Source: Schmidtea nova
Lineage: Eukaryota
Direction: 5' to 3'
Length of the DNA stretch: 64,000 bases
Assembly: GCA_044892505.1 (NCBI GenBank)
Contig: CM097882.1
Location: 380,432,001 to 380,496,000, forward strand
Part shown: one piece after another, positions 35,001 to 44,400 of the stretch
Layout of the letters: each line of letters begins with the position of its first letter
How positions within the stretch are numbered: position 1 is the first letter of the stretch
Notes under the pieces: model-generated
What the model saw: only the letters and a program-made list of their open reading frames with translations
Database searches by the model: none
Told to the model about the DNA's origin: nothing
Made by a program: the position numbers and the translations under genes

Positions 35001-38000
35001 GGTTGATACTCTAAATCTATGGGCATGTTGCATTCTCTTCCATACATGAGTTGAAATGGGCTTAGTTTTGTTGCTGCATGTATCGACATTCGGTATGCCA
35101 TTAAACATAATTTTATGTATTCGTCCCAATCAGTTTGATGTCTGCTGACGTAATTTGATAACATTCTGATCAATGTACCATTGAATCGCTCCGTTTGTCC
35201 ATTCGTTTGCGGGTGATATGGTGAAGTTCTCAATTTTGCTATTCTGAAATAGTTTGTCACCTCGTTCAATAACTCACTCATAAAATTAGTTCCTTGGTCT
35301 GTGAGTATTTGTTTTGGAGTTCCGTATCTGCAACATATTTCTTCCACTAGAATTTTTGCTACGGTTTTTGCTTTTTGGTCTTGTATGGCAAATGCTTCCG
35401 GGAATTTCGTCAGATAATCCGTTATTACCAATATATAAATATTTCCGTTTAAACTTTCTGGTAATGGTCCTATTAAGTCCATTGCTATAGTTGTCATTGG
35501 CTCTGCTGGTATCGGCATTGGTTGTAGCGGGTTCTTCCATTTCTTCCCACTATCCTTTCTGGTTGCGCAAGTTAGACAATTTTTAATCCATTCCTTTATA
35601 TCTTCTTCCATTGTTCGCCAATAATATTTTTGTCTCATACGATTTATTGTCTTTTTCTCGGACATATGACCTCCTAATTTCCCATCATGGTATTGGATCA
35701 TTATCTCTTTCCTTCTGTTTTCCGGTAAGCACATCAATCTCTTTTCCCCGTCTTGTATTAACAACCATCCTTTATTTATTATGTAGCGATGTTGATATTT
35801 TCCTATATGTTCCTTTAATTCCTTATTATCCTTGAATACCTCCATATTTCGAGACGTTAGGAACTCTATGATCTGTCCCAATTCTTTGTCTTCCTGTTGA
35901 TCTTTCTTTAACTCACTAAAATCTAAATCCTCCGCTATTAATACACAAATTCGTTGTACATCAGGATCGGTTAGTTCTGGAAATGTCAGTCTTGACATAC
36001 AGTCTGCATTCGCATTCGCTCTTCCTGATTTAAATTTTATGTCTGGTGAGTACTCCTGTAACTGCATTGCCCATCGCATTAATCTACTGGATGTTTCCTT
36101 GTGCTGTCCTAACCATACAAGCGGTTGGTGATCTGTTGTTATGCAGATGATGTGTCCCCATAATAAATTTTTAAAGTGTTTAATAGCTAATATAATCGCT
36201 AGTGCTTCCCGTTCTGTCACTGAGTAATTTTTCTCATGCTTTTTGAATGTTCGACTATAATATCCGATTACCCGTTCTTTTCCTTCGTCGTCGTATTGTC
36301 CTAATACGGCTCCTGCTGCATATCCGCTTGCATCTGTTGCAAGTAGGAATGGCTTCTTGAAGTCTGGGTGTACCAATATGGGTGCGGTTATCAGTTTATC
36401 TCTCAATGTTTCAAAGGCTGTTTGCTGTTCGTCTCCCCATATGAATGATACGTCTTTCTTTACTAGCTCCTGTATAGGCTTTGCGATTCCGGCGTAATCT
36501 TTTATAAACTTTCTATAATATCCACATAGTCCGAGAAATTCTTGTATTTGGGTTATTGTTTTTGGTACTGGGCATTCTTTTACCTTGTCGATATTTCTAG
36601 GATCCGGTTCTTTTCCTTTTGCTGACACTATATGTCCTAAAAATGTAACCTTTTCTTTTGCCCAATCGCATTTTGATGGCTTGAGTTTTAACTTCCATTG
36701 TCTAAGCCTAACGAATACATCTCGAATATCCTGTATGTGTTGTTCGAATGTACTAGAGTAAATCAATAAGTCGTCGATGTAGACCATGCACTGCTTTATT
36801 CCGTGGGTGACGAAATTCATGCATCTCTGGAATGATGCTGGTGCGTTTGTTAGTCCAAATGGCATCTTTCGAAATTGATATAGGTCTCTACCGATGGTAA
36901 AGGCAGTTTTCTCTTTATCTTCTTCTTTCATTTTTATTTGCCAATATCCGCTTTTCAGATCTAACGACGTAAAATATGCTGCTCCTTGTAGTGTTAGTAG
37001 CATTTCGTTGATGTCTGGTAATGGGTAAGTATCTCGTTTGGTCACTGTATTCAACCTTCGATAGTCGATGCAGAATCTCTGTGTTCCGTCTTTCTTCTTT
37101 ACCATTACCACTGGGAATTGCCAGGGTGAACAACTGGGTTCAATTACTTCTGCATCTAACATTTTCTTCACTTCTGCTTCCGCTACTGCTTTCTGTGCTT
37201 CCGCTAATTTGTACGGCCTTAATGCAATTGGTGTTTCATCTGTTAATGGTATTGTATGTAGTGTGACATCACATGTTCCTAGATCCAAATCGGATGCTGC
37301 AAATATGTCCTTATACTCCATCAGCAGTTTTTCTAACTGTTTCTTTTGGTCCTCATTTAATAATTCACTATCAATATTCCAGGTTGGTTCTTTATCTTTC
37401 TCTGCCCCTTCTATTGGCAGTTCGATATCCATCATTGGGGTTAGTTTGCCTAATCTTTCGTTTTCGTAGATTATTTTGTCCTCTTCGTCGAAGTTTACTA
37501 TGTTTATTGGGATTTCTCCATTGTCATTTATGTTGACTAGTCCTCTTGCCATTGGCAACGCTTTTCTTTTCTCGAATCTTTTACTTGGTTCGAAAATCAT
37601 ATCGCCTTGGATTGTCGGATCTATTTTTACGTAACATATTTTCTCCTTTCTTGCGGGTATTATCATTTGCTTTGAACTTGTCACTTTAGCTTCTATTGCG
37701 CATATTTGTCCTGTGCGATCCTTTAGTCTCATTGTTCCGAGATCTATTACAATCTCTTTAAATAATGCTGGCATCAAATCTGTTCCGATAATGCAAGGTA
37801 CGCTTAATGCTGGTATAACTGCTACGTACGTATCGATTTCCGTGTTTAAGTGGCGTATTTTTACCCACCATCTTCCTGCTACTTCTACAACTTCTTTGCT
37901 ACATGCAATTACATGGACGTTTGTCCTTTCTATTTCCCGTCTTTGCTCTTGTGGTATCCATTTGATGTCGATGGCGGAAATGTTTGCTCCAGTGTCGATC

Positions 38001-41000
38001 ATTGCTTCGATTTCTCTTCCGTTAATCTCTATTGTCGTGGTTAATACTGGACCTGTGTTTGATGACATCACTGCGATCGTGTGTGTATCTCCTTGTGGAT
38101 CCACACTTCTACATCTTCTCATTTTATAATCTTCTGGTATCATGGGGTATACATTTGTCATTGGCATCATTTGCATCGTGCTATTTTTTCCTCCTTGTAG
38201 TGGTTCTTGATACATTGTTGGTGGGGGTGCGTAACATTTCCATGCGTCGGCTGGATTTTTTTCGATGTATTGTGGTGCTTGGTTCTTATACACTTGTCCT
38301 CCCTTATAGTCGTCATCGTCATCGTCGTCGTCACTCGAATCATTTTGGGTTTTATATCCTTTCATCCTCTCCCATAAACCTTTTCTTTCTCTCTTGAGCT
38401 GTTGTCTTGCTTGTTCGTCATTCATTATCTTTTTAAATTTTCGTCCCACTTCTTCATCTGTTCCCTTCATTTTTGCTAATATCTTTAGGAGTCTTTTTAT
38501 TCGGTGGATATCTTTTGAGTGACCGTGTAACACCATTGTTTTCGCAAGGAATGGTAAAAACCCTACTACCATTTTCCAATTCACTTTCTTTTCTCTCTTG
38601 TAAATATCGAAACACGCTAACATTTGCGTTATTATCACTCTGACGATTTGTATTATTAATATAACCCCCAGTATTCCAGCCATCATTTGTCCGAATATCA
38701 GGAATCTTCCCCACATTGCTTTCATCATATTTTCTGTGGCTTTCTTGAAATGTGCTGGTGACAACAACAGTTCATAATTCGGTCCTTCTCGATAATCCGT
38801 TCCTCCCGTTATCGTTACGATATTTGACAGTAATGCTTCTCTTCTTGCCGGGAATAATATATTCTGCCTTGCTGCTTCTAAATCCTTTGGACTATATATT
38901 CCGTTGTTTGAGACATCTACGTCGCTGAATTGCCTATCCTTTGACAACTGCATTAGCTCGAATTCTCTTGGTGCTATCACTTCGGATCTTCCTGGGAACA
39001 TAACCCATTTACCATCTGGTTTTTGATAAAGCGGTCCGTACGCATTACTACAGTTGAATGGATTTGGTTCAAACCCTGGTGGGTTGATGATTCTCGTCAC
39101 CGGTTGAACGTATCGTACTTTTCCTTTGTAATCGATTTCTAACTCATTTGTACAGGTTCCAGGTTTCAACTGTGTTGTTGCTGCTAGCGACGCGTGTGTC
39201 TTTTCGCAAATGTATACGTACATTGCTTCTCCAACCACTCTTCCGAAATGTCCTTCTCTCAGTGGTAATAATGGCATCGCGCTATCTGGATTCGTAATCG
39301 CTACGGCCAACTTTGTCTTTAATATTTCTCGATTCAGTATACAATCATTATTTATCAGATCGTAATACACTTTTTGTAATGAGGCTTGTCCTCTATGGAA
39401 TAGGAAATCCATTTTATTATTCACATATAGGTGTAGTTTGATATCTATTGTGTCGATTTTGGGTTTCGCATTTGGCACTTCTTGTTTTGACACATATATT
39501 CCTGGGTAATTCGTTTCGTATACCGTTGTACTACACTTAAGGGTTGCTTTCCCTTTTATGAACCTCATTCCCACATCCTGATTTGTGGTTATCAACACTG
39601 TTGGTGTGGCTCTCATCTCTATTCGTTTTTCTCTATGATCTGGTTTCAGTTGTCTTTTATTCTCTAAAGCTTCCTTGAGATGCTTTGCTCTAGCTTTGTC
39701 GTCCTCGTCTTCTTCCTGGAACGTTTTTCCTTGAATTTCGTCGAACTGTGCTCCTTGTAGTAGTTGTAATTGACATTCGTTCACCTTTGGTTTGTATACT
39801 AATGTTGACATTCCCGTTTGACACATGCTCCTGTCGATTTTACACATGGATAACGTTTTCATTTCTCCCGTTGTTGGTTCGAAGAATGCTTCATAGCTTT
39901 TCAATTCGACTATGTACGTATCCATCACTACTAAGTTGGTTGCGGGTACTCCGAATATCGGGTAGGTTTCTCCTTGACAATATCCTTCTCCTCCCGTAAT
40001 CCGTCCTGCTACATAGTAGGTTTGTTGCAGCATCATCCCTGGCTTTCCTCTTATCTTGATTTTATCCCTTGTTGTTACTTCTCCGTGTTTAAACAGTGCT
40101 TCGCAGTCCTCTCCTTGTAACACGATTGGTTCTCTTTCCGTTCCTGGCATGACAATTGCTGAATAATGTCCTCTCCCGCAGTAGAATGCGAATCTCGTTT
40201 TCTGCACCTTACATTCATTCACCATTGTCTTTATGAGTTCTGCTTCTTGATACACGTGGTACCATTGTTCTTTTTTAATCTTTTGCAACTCTACTGGAGT
40301 TGCATCTTTGCATTGCTCCGTACCCCTCAATGAATACTTTTCTCCTAACTTCATTTGGTCGCAATCAAACACTTCGAATGCCGTTGCGCTATCGGTGCTA
40401 ATCATCCATATCAACATCATCATTATTATAGAACTCAGATTCATTGATGACTTTGCGTTTCCTGTTCCTGTTTGTTCCTTTTCTAACTCTTCCAATATTT
40501 TTTCGAATTTCTTTTTCATATTCTTGGCTTGCGTTTTCTTCTGGTTAGTTTTTATAAATGTTTCCCATCCTCCTTTGTTAATGACGTAGGGTTCTATTTC
40601 TCTAGCTATAATCTTTGCGGTATTTTTTATATGTCTTTCTAATGCGGTGGGTTTTGGTCTACCTCTACTCAGTGTCAACAGATTGTAGATCGTGTATGCA
40701 ATGGCTATTACATATTTGTTATCAGTTTCCGCTCCTTCTGTCAATTTCTTTATTAACGTAGTGGTTCCTTGCCAGTCTAAATGATTTGACTTCGTCTTTT
40801 CTTTTATGAATTCTGGTAGGATGGGTGCAATTGCGCTGTGTAATGACTTCGCCTTTTCGCTTATCTCAGTTATACGCCAGTATTTTCTCAATTCCGGATC
40901 AATTATTGCCAATATTTCCATTATTGTTTTCGATATCCATTCCTCCCCTTGACATATTGGTGTTGTTTCTTTTTCTTTTATCTCCGCGATCTTAATTAAT

Positions 41001-41428
41001 TTCTTTAAACATAATTCCCATTGATCTTGTCTCTTTTCATCCTTATTTCTGATGACTACATTCGCTGGATCTGTCTTGGGTCTACCTCGAGGTCGCCTAT
41101 CCATTCCTGTACCTGTTTCCACAAACCTTGTTGCCCGTCCTGTTTCTTCCGTGACATCTCTTGGTTCGTTAGCTCTTTCTTCTAACCATCTTTCCATTTC
41201 CTGTGTTAATTGTGCATTTTCGACATTCGCTCCTCTCGTTTCGTCTTCTGTTAGATCGTTTACTTCTTCTATTATTATTTCTTCTTCGACTTCTGCTTCT
41301 CCGGTGTTGGTTACTTGTATTGTCGTAGGTAATTCTTGTATCCTTTCGAAAATATTATCGTCTTTTTCCTTTGTTAATTCGGTTAATTCTTCTATCATAT
41401 CGTCACTGTCTGTCAATATTTCGTCCAC
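31964..41428 (-). CDS. pol: 3154-aa polyprotein: Bcl-2-like, signal peptide, envelope glycoprotein, TM, PR, RT, RNase H, IN, ankyrin repeats, acidic linker, FN3-like unit
   Basis: MIDTGA (about 37990), YIDD (about 36775), ATDASG (about 36330), HH-CC plus MDLIGP/TDQG/TERFN, GRGPY (about 34760); uninterrupted frame. Confidence 0.95.
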   Translation of the reverse strand: MDEILTDSDDMIEELTELTKEKDDNIFERIQELPTTIQVTNTGEAEVEEEIIIEEVNDLTEDETRGANVENAQLTQEMERWLEERANEPRDVTEETGRATRFVETGTGMDRRPRGRPKTDPANVVIRNKDEKRQDQWELCLKKLIKIAEIKEKETTPICQGEEWISKTIMEILAIIDPELRKYWRITEISEKAKSLHSAIAPILPEFIKEKTKSNHLDWQGTTTLIKKLTEGAETDNKYVIAIAYTIYNLLTLSRGRPKPTALERHIKNTAKIIAREIEPYVINKGGWETFIKTNQKKTQAKNMKKKFEKILEELEKEQTGTGNAKSSMNLSSIIMMMLIWMISTDSATAFEVFDCDQMKLGEKYSLRGTEQCKDATPVELQKIKKEQWYHVYQEAELIKTMVNECKVQKTRFAFYCGRGHYSAIVMPGTEREPIVLQGEDCEALFKHGEVTTRDKIKIRGKPGMMLQQTYYVAGRITGGEGYCQGETYPIFGVPATNLVVMDTYIVELKSYEAFFEPTTGEMKTLSMCKIDRSMCQTGMSTLVYKPKVNECQLQLLQGAQFDEIQGKTFQEEDEDDKARAKHLKEALENKRQLKPDHREKRIEMRATPTVLITTNQDVGMRFIKGKATLKCSTTVYETNYPGIYVSKQEVPNAKPKIDTIDIKLHLYVNNKMDFLFHRGQASLQKVYYDLINNDCILNREILKTKLAVAITNPDSAMPLLPLREGHFGRVVGEAMYVYICEKTHASLAATTQLKPGTCTNELEIDYKGKVRYVQPVTRIINPPGFEPNPFNCSNAYGPLYQKPDGKWVMFPGRSEVIAPREFELMQLSKDRQFSDVDVSNNGIYSPKDLEAARQNILFPARREALLSNIVTITGGTDYREGPNYELLLSPAHFKKATENMMKAMWGRFLIFGQMMAGILGVILIIQIVRVIITQMLACFDIYKREKKVNWKMVVGFLPFLAKTMVLHGHSKDIHRIKRLLKILAKMKGTDEEVGRKFKKIMNDEQARQQLKRERKGLWERMKGYKTQNDSSDDDDDDDDYKGGQVYKNQAPQYIEKNPADAWKCYAPPPTMYQEPLQGGKNSTMQMMPMTNVYPMIPEDYKMRRCRSVDPQGDTHTIAVMSSNTGPVLTTTIEINGREIEAMIDTGANISAIDIKWIPQEQRREIERTNVHVIACSKEVVEVAGRWWVKIRHLNTEIDTYVAVIPALSVPCIIGTDLMPALFKEIVIDLGTMRLKDRTGQICAIEAKVTSSKQMIIPARKEKICYVKIDPTIQGDMIFEPSKRFEKRKALPMARGLVNINDNGEIPINIVNFDEEDKIIYENERLGKLTPMMDIELPIEGAEKDKEPTWNIDSELLNEDQKKQLEKLLMEYKDIFAASDLDLGTCDVTLHTIPLTDETPIALRPYKLAEAQKAVAEAEVKKMLDAEVIEPSCSPWQFPVVMVKKKDGTQRFCIDYRRLNTVTKRDTYPLPDINEMLLTLQGAAYFTSLDLKSGYWQIKMKEEDKEKTAFTIGRDLYQFRKMPFGLTNAPASFQRCMNFVTHGIKQCMVYIDDLLIYSSTFEQHIQDIRDVFVRLRQWKLKLKPSKCDWAKEKVTFLGHIVSAKGKEPDPRNIDKVKECPVPKTITQIQEFLGLCGYYRKFIKDYAGIAKPIQELVKKDVSFIWGDEQQTAFETLRDKLITAPILVHPDFKKPFLLATDASGYAAGAVLGQYDDEGKERVIGYYSRTFKKHEKNYSVTEREALAIILAIKHFKNLLWGHIICITTDHQPLVWLGQHKETSSRLMRWAMQLQEYSPDIKFKSGRANANADCMSRLTFPELTDPDVQRICVLIAEDLDFSELKKDQQEDKELGQIIEFLTSRNMEVFKDNKELKEHIGKYQHRYIINKGWLLIQDGEKRLMCLPENRRKEIMIQYHDGKLGGHMSEKKTINRMRQKYYWRTMEEDIKEWIKNCLTCATRKDSGKKWKNPLQPMPIPAEPMTTIAMDLIGPLPESLNGNIYILVITDYLTKFPEAFAIQDQKAKTVAKILVEEICCRYGTPKQILTDQGTNFMSELLNEVTNYFRIAKLRTSPYHPQTNGQTERFNGTLIRMLSNYVSRHQTDWDEYIKLCLMAYRMSIHAATKLSPFQLMYGRECNMPIDLEYQPPLSQYMEDDDYVTKFKERMQEIWKTAELNIKFYQESYKDLHDQKKNVKANNLKPGDWVIIETPEIIPGTVKKLQRPGRGPYEIIYKKDNNVKVKLINRPLIRPIYVNTCRCKKVPKTITTTPENRIITRSQTARINMLRANATEDDKAEIRQKEIRNKEIILKAREIMGRWHVKDEVGISRDIRHIISRYAQGLPTEPIISELLIKIPEILLLKDVGGQPALHNAIECKNIERAKEFLKIAKETNQNLDVGNREQETPLMTAAIHQADKEMIDLLIKAHFSWTERDREDKTVLNHVIWSSHQPMLKYIIANSTWEIDELVKGDIIKEAIKIGKCNTIRKLIKWKRPEDDTWVLDINEVYSEGQNALLRYLLKFTCDQKTLLTLLDRGNINITKNEEEHQFDKEKNALFNKIRKWCAKPLDKLITYKDINNFNEKYQTIVSEYEELVKILNHPEKCKQVLEKKERESNKKLTPLFKAEAPYQARLDAIQEKAKELLPEFENSKHALEILGALVEKVHAYAKGTYNGNDITTIKKEMPVTFLLPKDGIMPIHRALRSGKDRKVMEIARVMLNCGSNMNMIDEKGDTLMVFAARAKTKTKVLEELYKAGAGLTGKTDKDNSILDVALLTHNWEMVNFIKTISNQEEIDYLTDTVRKPSVLTMMHNVELTEAILTWINPNTNEPAFRINKFTEHNQNWCIRSALITYKWPEILKMFMERKDLRITTSPKEEKYTGKWKELMKTYINNWIKAKKEIWEYKSTNKVIPEQVETQEFEASNLTTLAYAKLIEEINVEDDIFDEPGGDDNTDSDDGNNSEKSNDHEPPDKEEHEGKDKKRDKEEKKNEDEKQKDEDGEQGKNDQGDKNDTQRTGYKSTIKPFFKPELLLFTVILTLINPSQGMTCEERAIIQIKNAKGIERVCWSKKDKITEQNSPMDCRISEHEQEIIEINDLDLNTWYKICTVRKQKHPRSHNTIACAKYQTPKAAMTIQQSPKGDYILGKCGRTETQGTENKNPRQ
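33110..34370 (-). other. Two ankyrin-repeat clusters C-terminal to integrase (domain of pol)
   Basis: GQPALHNAI, QETPLMTAA, DKTVLNHVI; GIMPIHRAL, GDTLMVFAA, DNSILDVAL at ankyrin-like spacing. Confidence 0.85.
38620..40445 (-). other. env: Chuvirus-like (class III, gB-related) envelope glycoprotein (domain of pol)
   Basis: Signal SSIIMMMLIWMISTDSATA; FDC; ECKVQKTRFAFYCGRGH; CTNELEI..KG..YVQPVTRII; NGIYSPKDL..ARQNILFP.RR; TM WGRFLIFGQMMAGILGVILII. Confidence 0.82.
40550..40950 (-). other. Bcl-2-like domain (domain of pol)
   Basis: BH2-like YVINKGGWETFI; BH1-position LDWQGTTTLI; helical character. Confidence 0.6.
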
Positions 41429-41452
41429 GTCGTATGGTTGTGGTGGAGTCCT

Positions 41453-44400
41453 TTATTTGGTTTCTCTGGGTGTTGTCTCAGATCGTCTCGAACTTGTCCC
41501 TGGCGTTGGTACTGATTTCATCGGGCTCGGCGTACTTATACTTCCGTGTGGTTTATGGTTTTCTTCTTTACGTTTTAATGGTTGACCCGCTATTGCTTCT
41601 ACTGTCAAGGTATTCATGAGGTCTAGTTGTGCTGGCGTTATTCCAATTTCTAAACTGTTATCTAATGATCGTCCTTGGTGTTGTAGATGGAATGGTGGTT
41701 CGTATCTCAATTTCTTTTTGATATCTCGAATTTTTTCTGCTATTCCTACCCACAATTCCTCCTTATCCTTGTTTGGGTATATTATTCTTAAATGTACTTT
41801 CTGTGGAATTTCCTGCGAGAATTCTTGGTTTCTCCATTTCCTAATTACGTGGTCTAGTTGTTCCGGGCACCACTCGTTAACTCTTTTATATTCCGCGATT
41901 GCTTTTGCTACTTTACGTAAACATGTTATATCTTCTCCATTAACCACGAAAAAATCTGCGAGACCTTTTATTAATTTTCTCTTACCGTGCGCATTAGTTT
42001 TCAATATTTCGACAAATTCTTCCGTTTTTTGCTTTTCCCTTTCTAACCACATGGCCGCTGTTTCTGGTCCATCTAGGTCTATTGGCGTAGCTTTCCTTGT
42101 TACCATGCAAACTCTTCCTATCTCTGGTTCGCAGTCATCTTCTATTCCTCTTTTATATTCTTCTTCATATTCCCCTTCTTTTGGTTCCCAACATTTTCCT
42201 TTCTCGTTCCATTGTTTTTCTACGGGTGTTCGTATTCGTCTGTTGAGATTGAGTTCTTCTAATACATTTTCCCACTCTGGCCAAATTCGCCAATTTCGAT
42301 AAATTTCTACTATTTGTTGTAATTTGCGCACGACTTCTTTCCGTCGTTCCCGTTCTCTTTTCTCATCTTTAGCAGTTTCCCTTGGTGTATCGTCCATTCT
42401 GCTAACGTGGATTGTTTGGTGATTATCCCATATACCGATTTTATATAATCGTCTCTCATCGTGATCCCATAATACATGTTCGTTGTATTGTATGATTATG
42501 TCGTCTTCCCATTCGTCTTCTGGTTCTCTTTGCACTAGTGTCTCGTTAATGACATTTATTAATTCTTTAATGGTGCAATCCGCTACCACTTCAATTTCTT
42601 TGGTGTCCTCATTAGGTAATTCTACTGAAATTTTTAGATCTGTTATTTTCCCTTGTCTAAACATTGTTTTTCCCATTTTTGCGATTAATTTGTCGTGTGA
42701 GATCTGTGACCATCTCGTGTGGCTTGTGTCACGTATGCACTCAATGCATCGTTTCAATTTCTCGTATTCGCTTCTCATTAACTCTTTTCTATGTTTTTTG
42801 ACTTGTGGTATGATTTGTTCTATCAGGGAATTTAGATTCTTTCGTAAGACTCGTTCTTTCTCGTATTCTAACCGAGGTTTTATTCTCCTTTCGAAGCACG
42901 TGTTTGCCTCCCTTGCAACTTCTTGTAGGTTCTCTTCTTCCTTTTCATCGCATATTGATAATAGGGTTATTTCTCCTGGCCATATACCTGTTTCTACTAA
43001 GTGCGTTCTTTTCTTTACGAGTCTATTCTGCGAATAGATGAATTTGTTTTTGTATGAGCTCCCTAGTCTATCCTCTACCCATCTGTAGATATCGTCTGTA
43101 AATGGAGTTTTAATCCAGATTCTTGGTGTAGATGTGTTTATTATTATTGAGATGGTGTAATTGAGGAGTGGTTCCTCTATTAATTTCCCTACGTATCGAT
43201 TTAACATGTCTACTTCCCGGTCTTGTAACCATTCTTTGTAGTTCATTTGTAATAATGCTTTCATGAATTTCCGATATTGTTTCTTGTCCATGAACTCTTC
43301 GTTATATATTACTTCTAGCGAGTTATCTAGTAATTTCTGGATTTCGTCTACTTTCATCTGTGTAGGTTCTGAGGTCTTTATTACTTCTCTCTCTTTATTT
43401 TCGTCTTCGGATTCATTTAATATGTCTCCTGCTAGGCTACTGATATCACTATCTTCTTCTTCATCGGAGAACTCTCTGGTGGTATTTCTTAGCATATTAA
43501 TATGTGCTGTTTGGTTCGTTTCCCCTTGTGTATTCTCCGTTGGTTTTGTTTTGTTTTTGCTGATTTCTGGTGTTAGTTCATTTTTGTCCTCCATTAATTC
43601 GACTTTTCCCATTTTCTTTCCCAACTCGTCTATTTCTTTTAAACGTCTTCTTATCATTTTTCCTTCAAATATTCGCCTGATTCGGGTTTCGTGACGTATT
43701 GGTGGTGGAATTTCTTCTGGTTCTATTTCTTTAATAATCATCACGTTTCTTTTTGTTTCTACTACTCCCAAGTTTTCCCATATGTCCGTTAATTCCAACT
43801 TTACTTTTGGCGCACCTTCTATTTGTAAGAACGCTTCTCTGGGCAGTTTCGTTACTCCCGGAACCATCTGGTTTACTTTGTTGAATAATATTCCCACTTC
43901 TTCTTTTACGTTATACTGGAATCTAAACACGGATTTGCTGGGCATGATTACCATCATTCCTCTTTTCCAACTCTCTTTCCTCTCTTCCTGGTTTATCTCA
44001 GTTTCCACTTCCTTTTTTATTTCTTTTTCTACTTCCTCATCTTTTTGTGTTATTTCTTTTCGACTTTCGTTGTCGGTTGGATTCGGGTTTATCGAATTTA
44101 TTTCCGGTGTGGTTTCTTTCTCGTAGTTATCTGTTTGCTTTGTTGCTCTTAGCATGTTAATTCTTAGAGGTTGTCGTTCTCTTTCTTGTTGTTTTTGTTC
44201 ATCCTCTCTTTGTATTCTTGCCCATTCCTGAGCGTGTCGTGCCTGACTTTCTCGATTTAATCGTTCGTTTTCGCTTTCTATCTTTCTCATCATGCTAATT
44301 TGTTGTGGATTGATTTGCGGATTTCCTCTCGCCGTGTTGTTTATCAGTTCCGTCAGCCTTTGAACTTCTTGCATCAAATGAATTTCTTTGGTGGTAGTTT

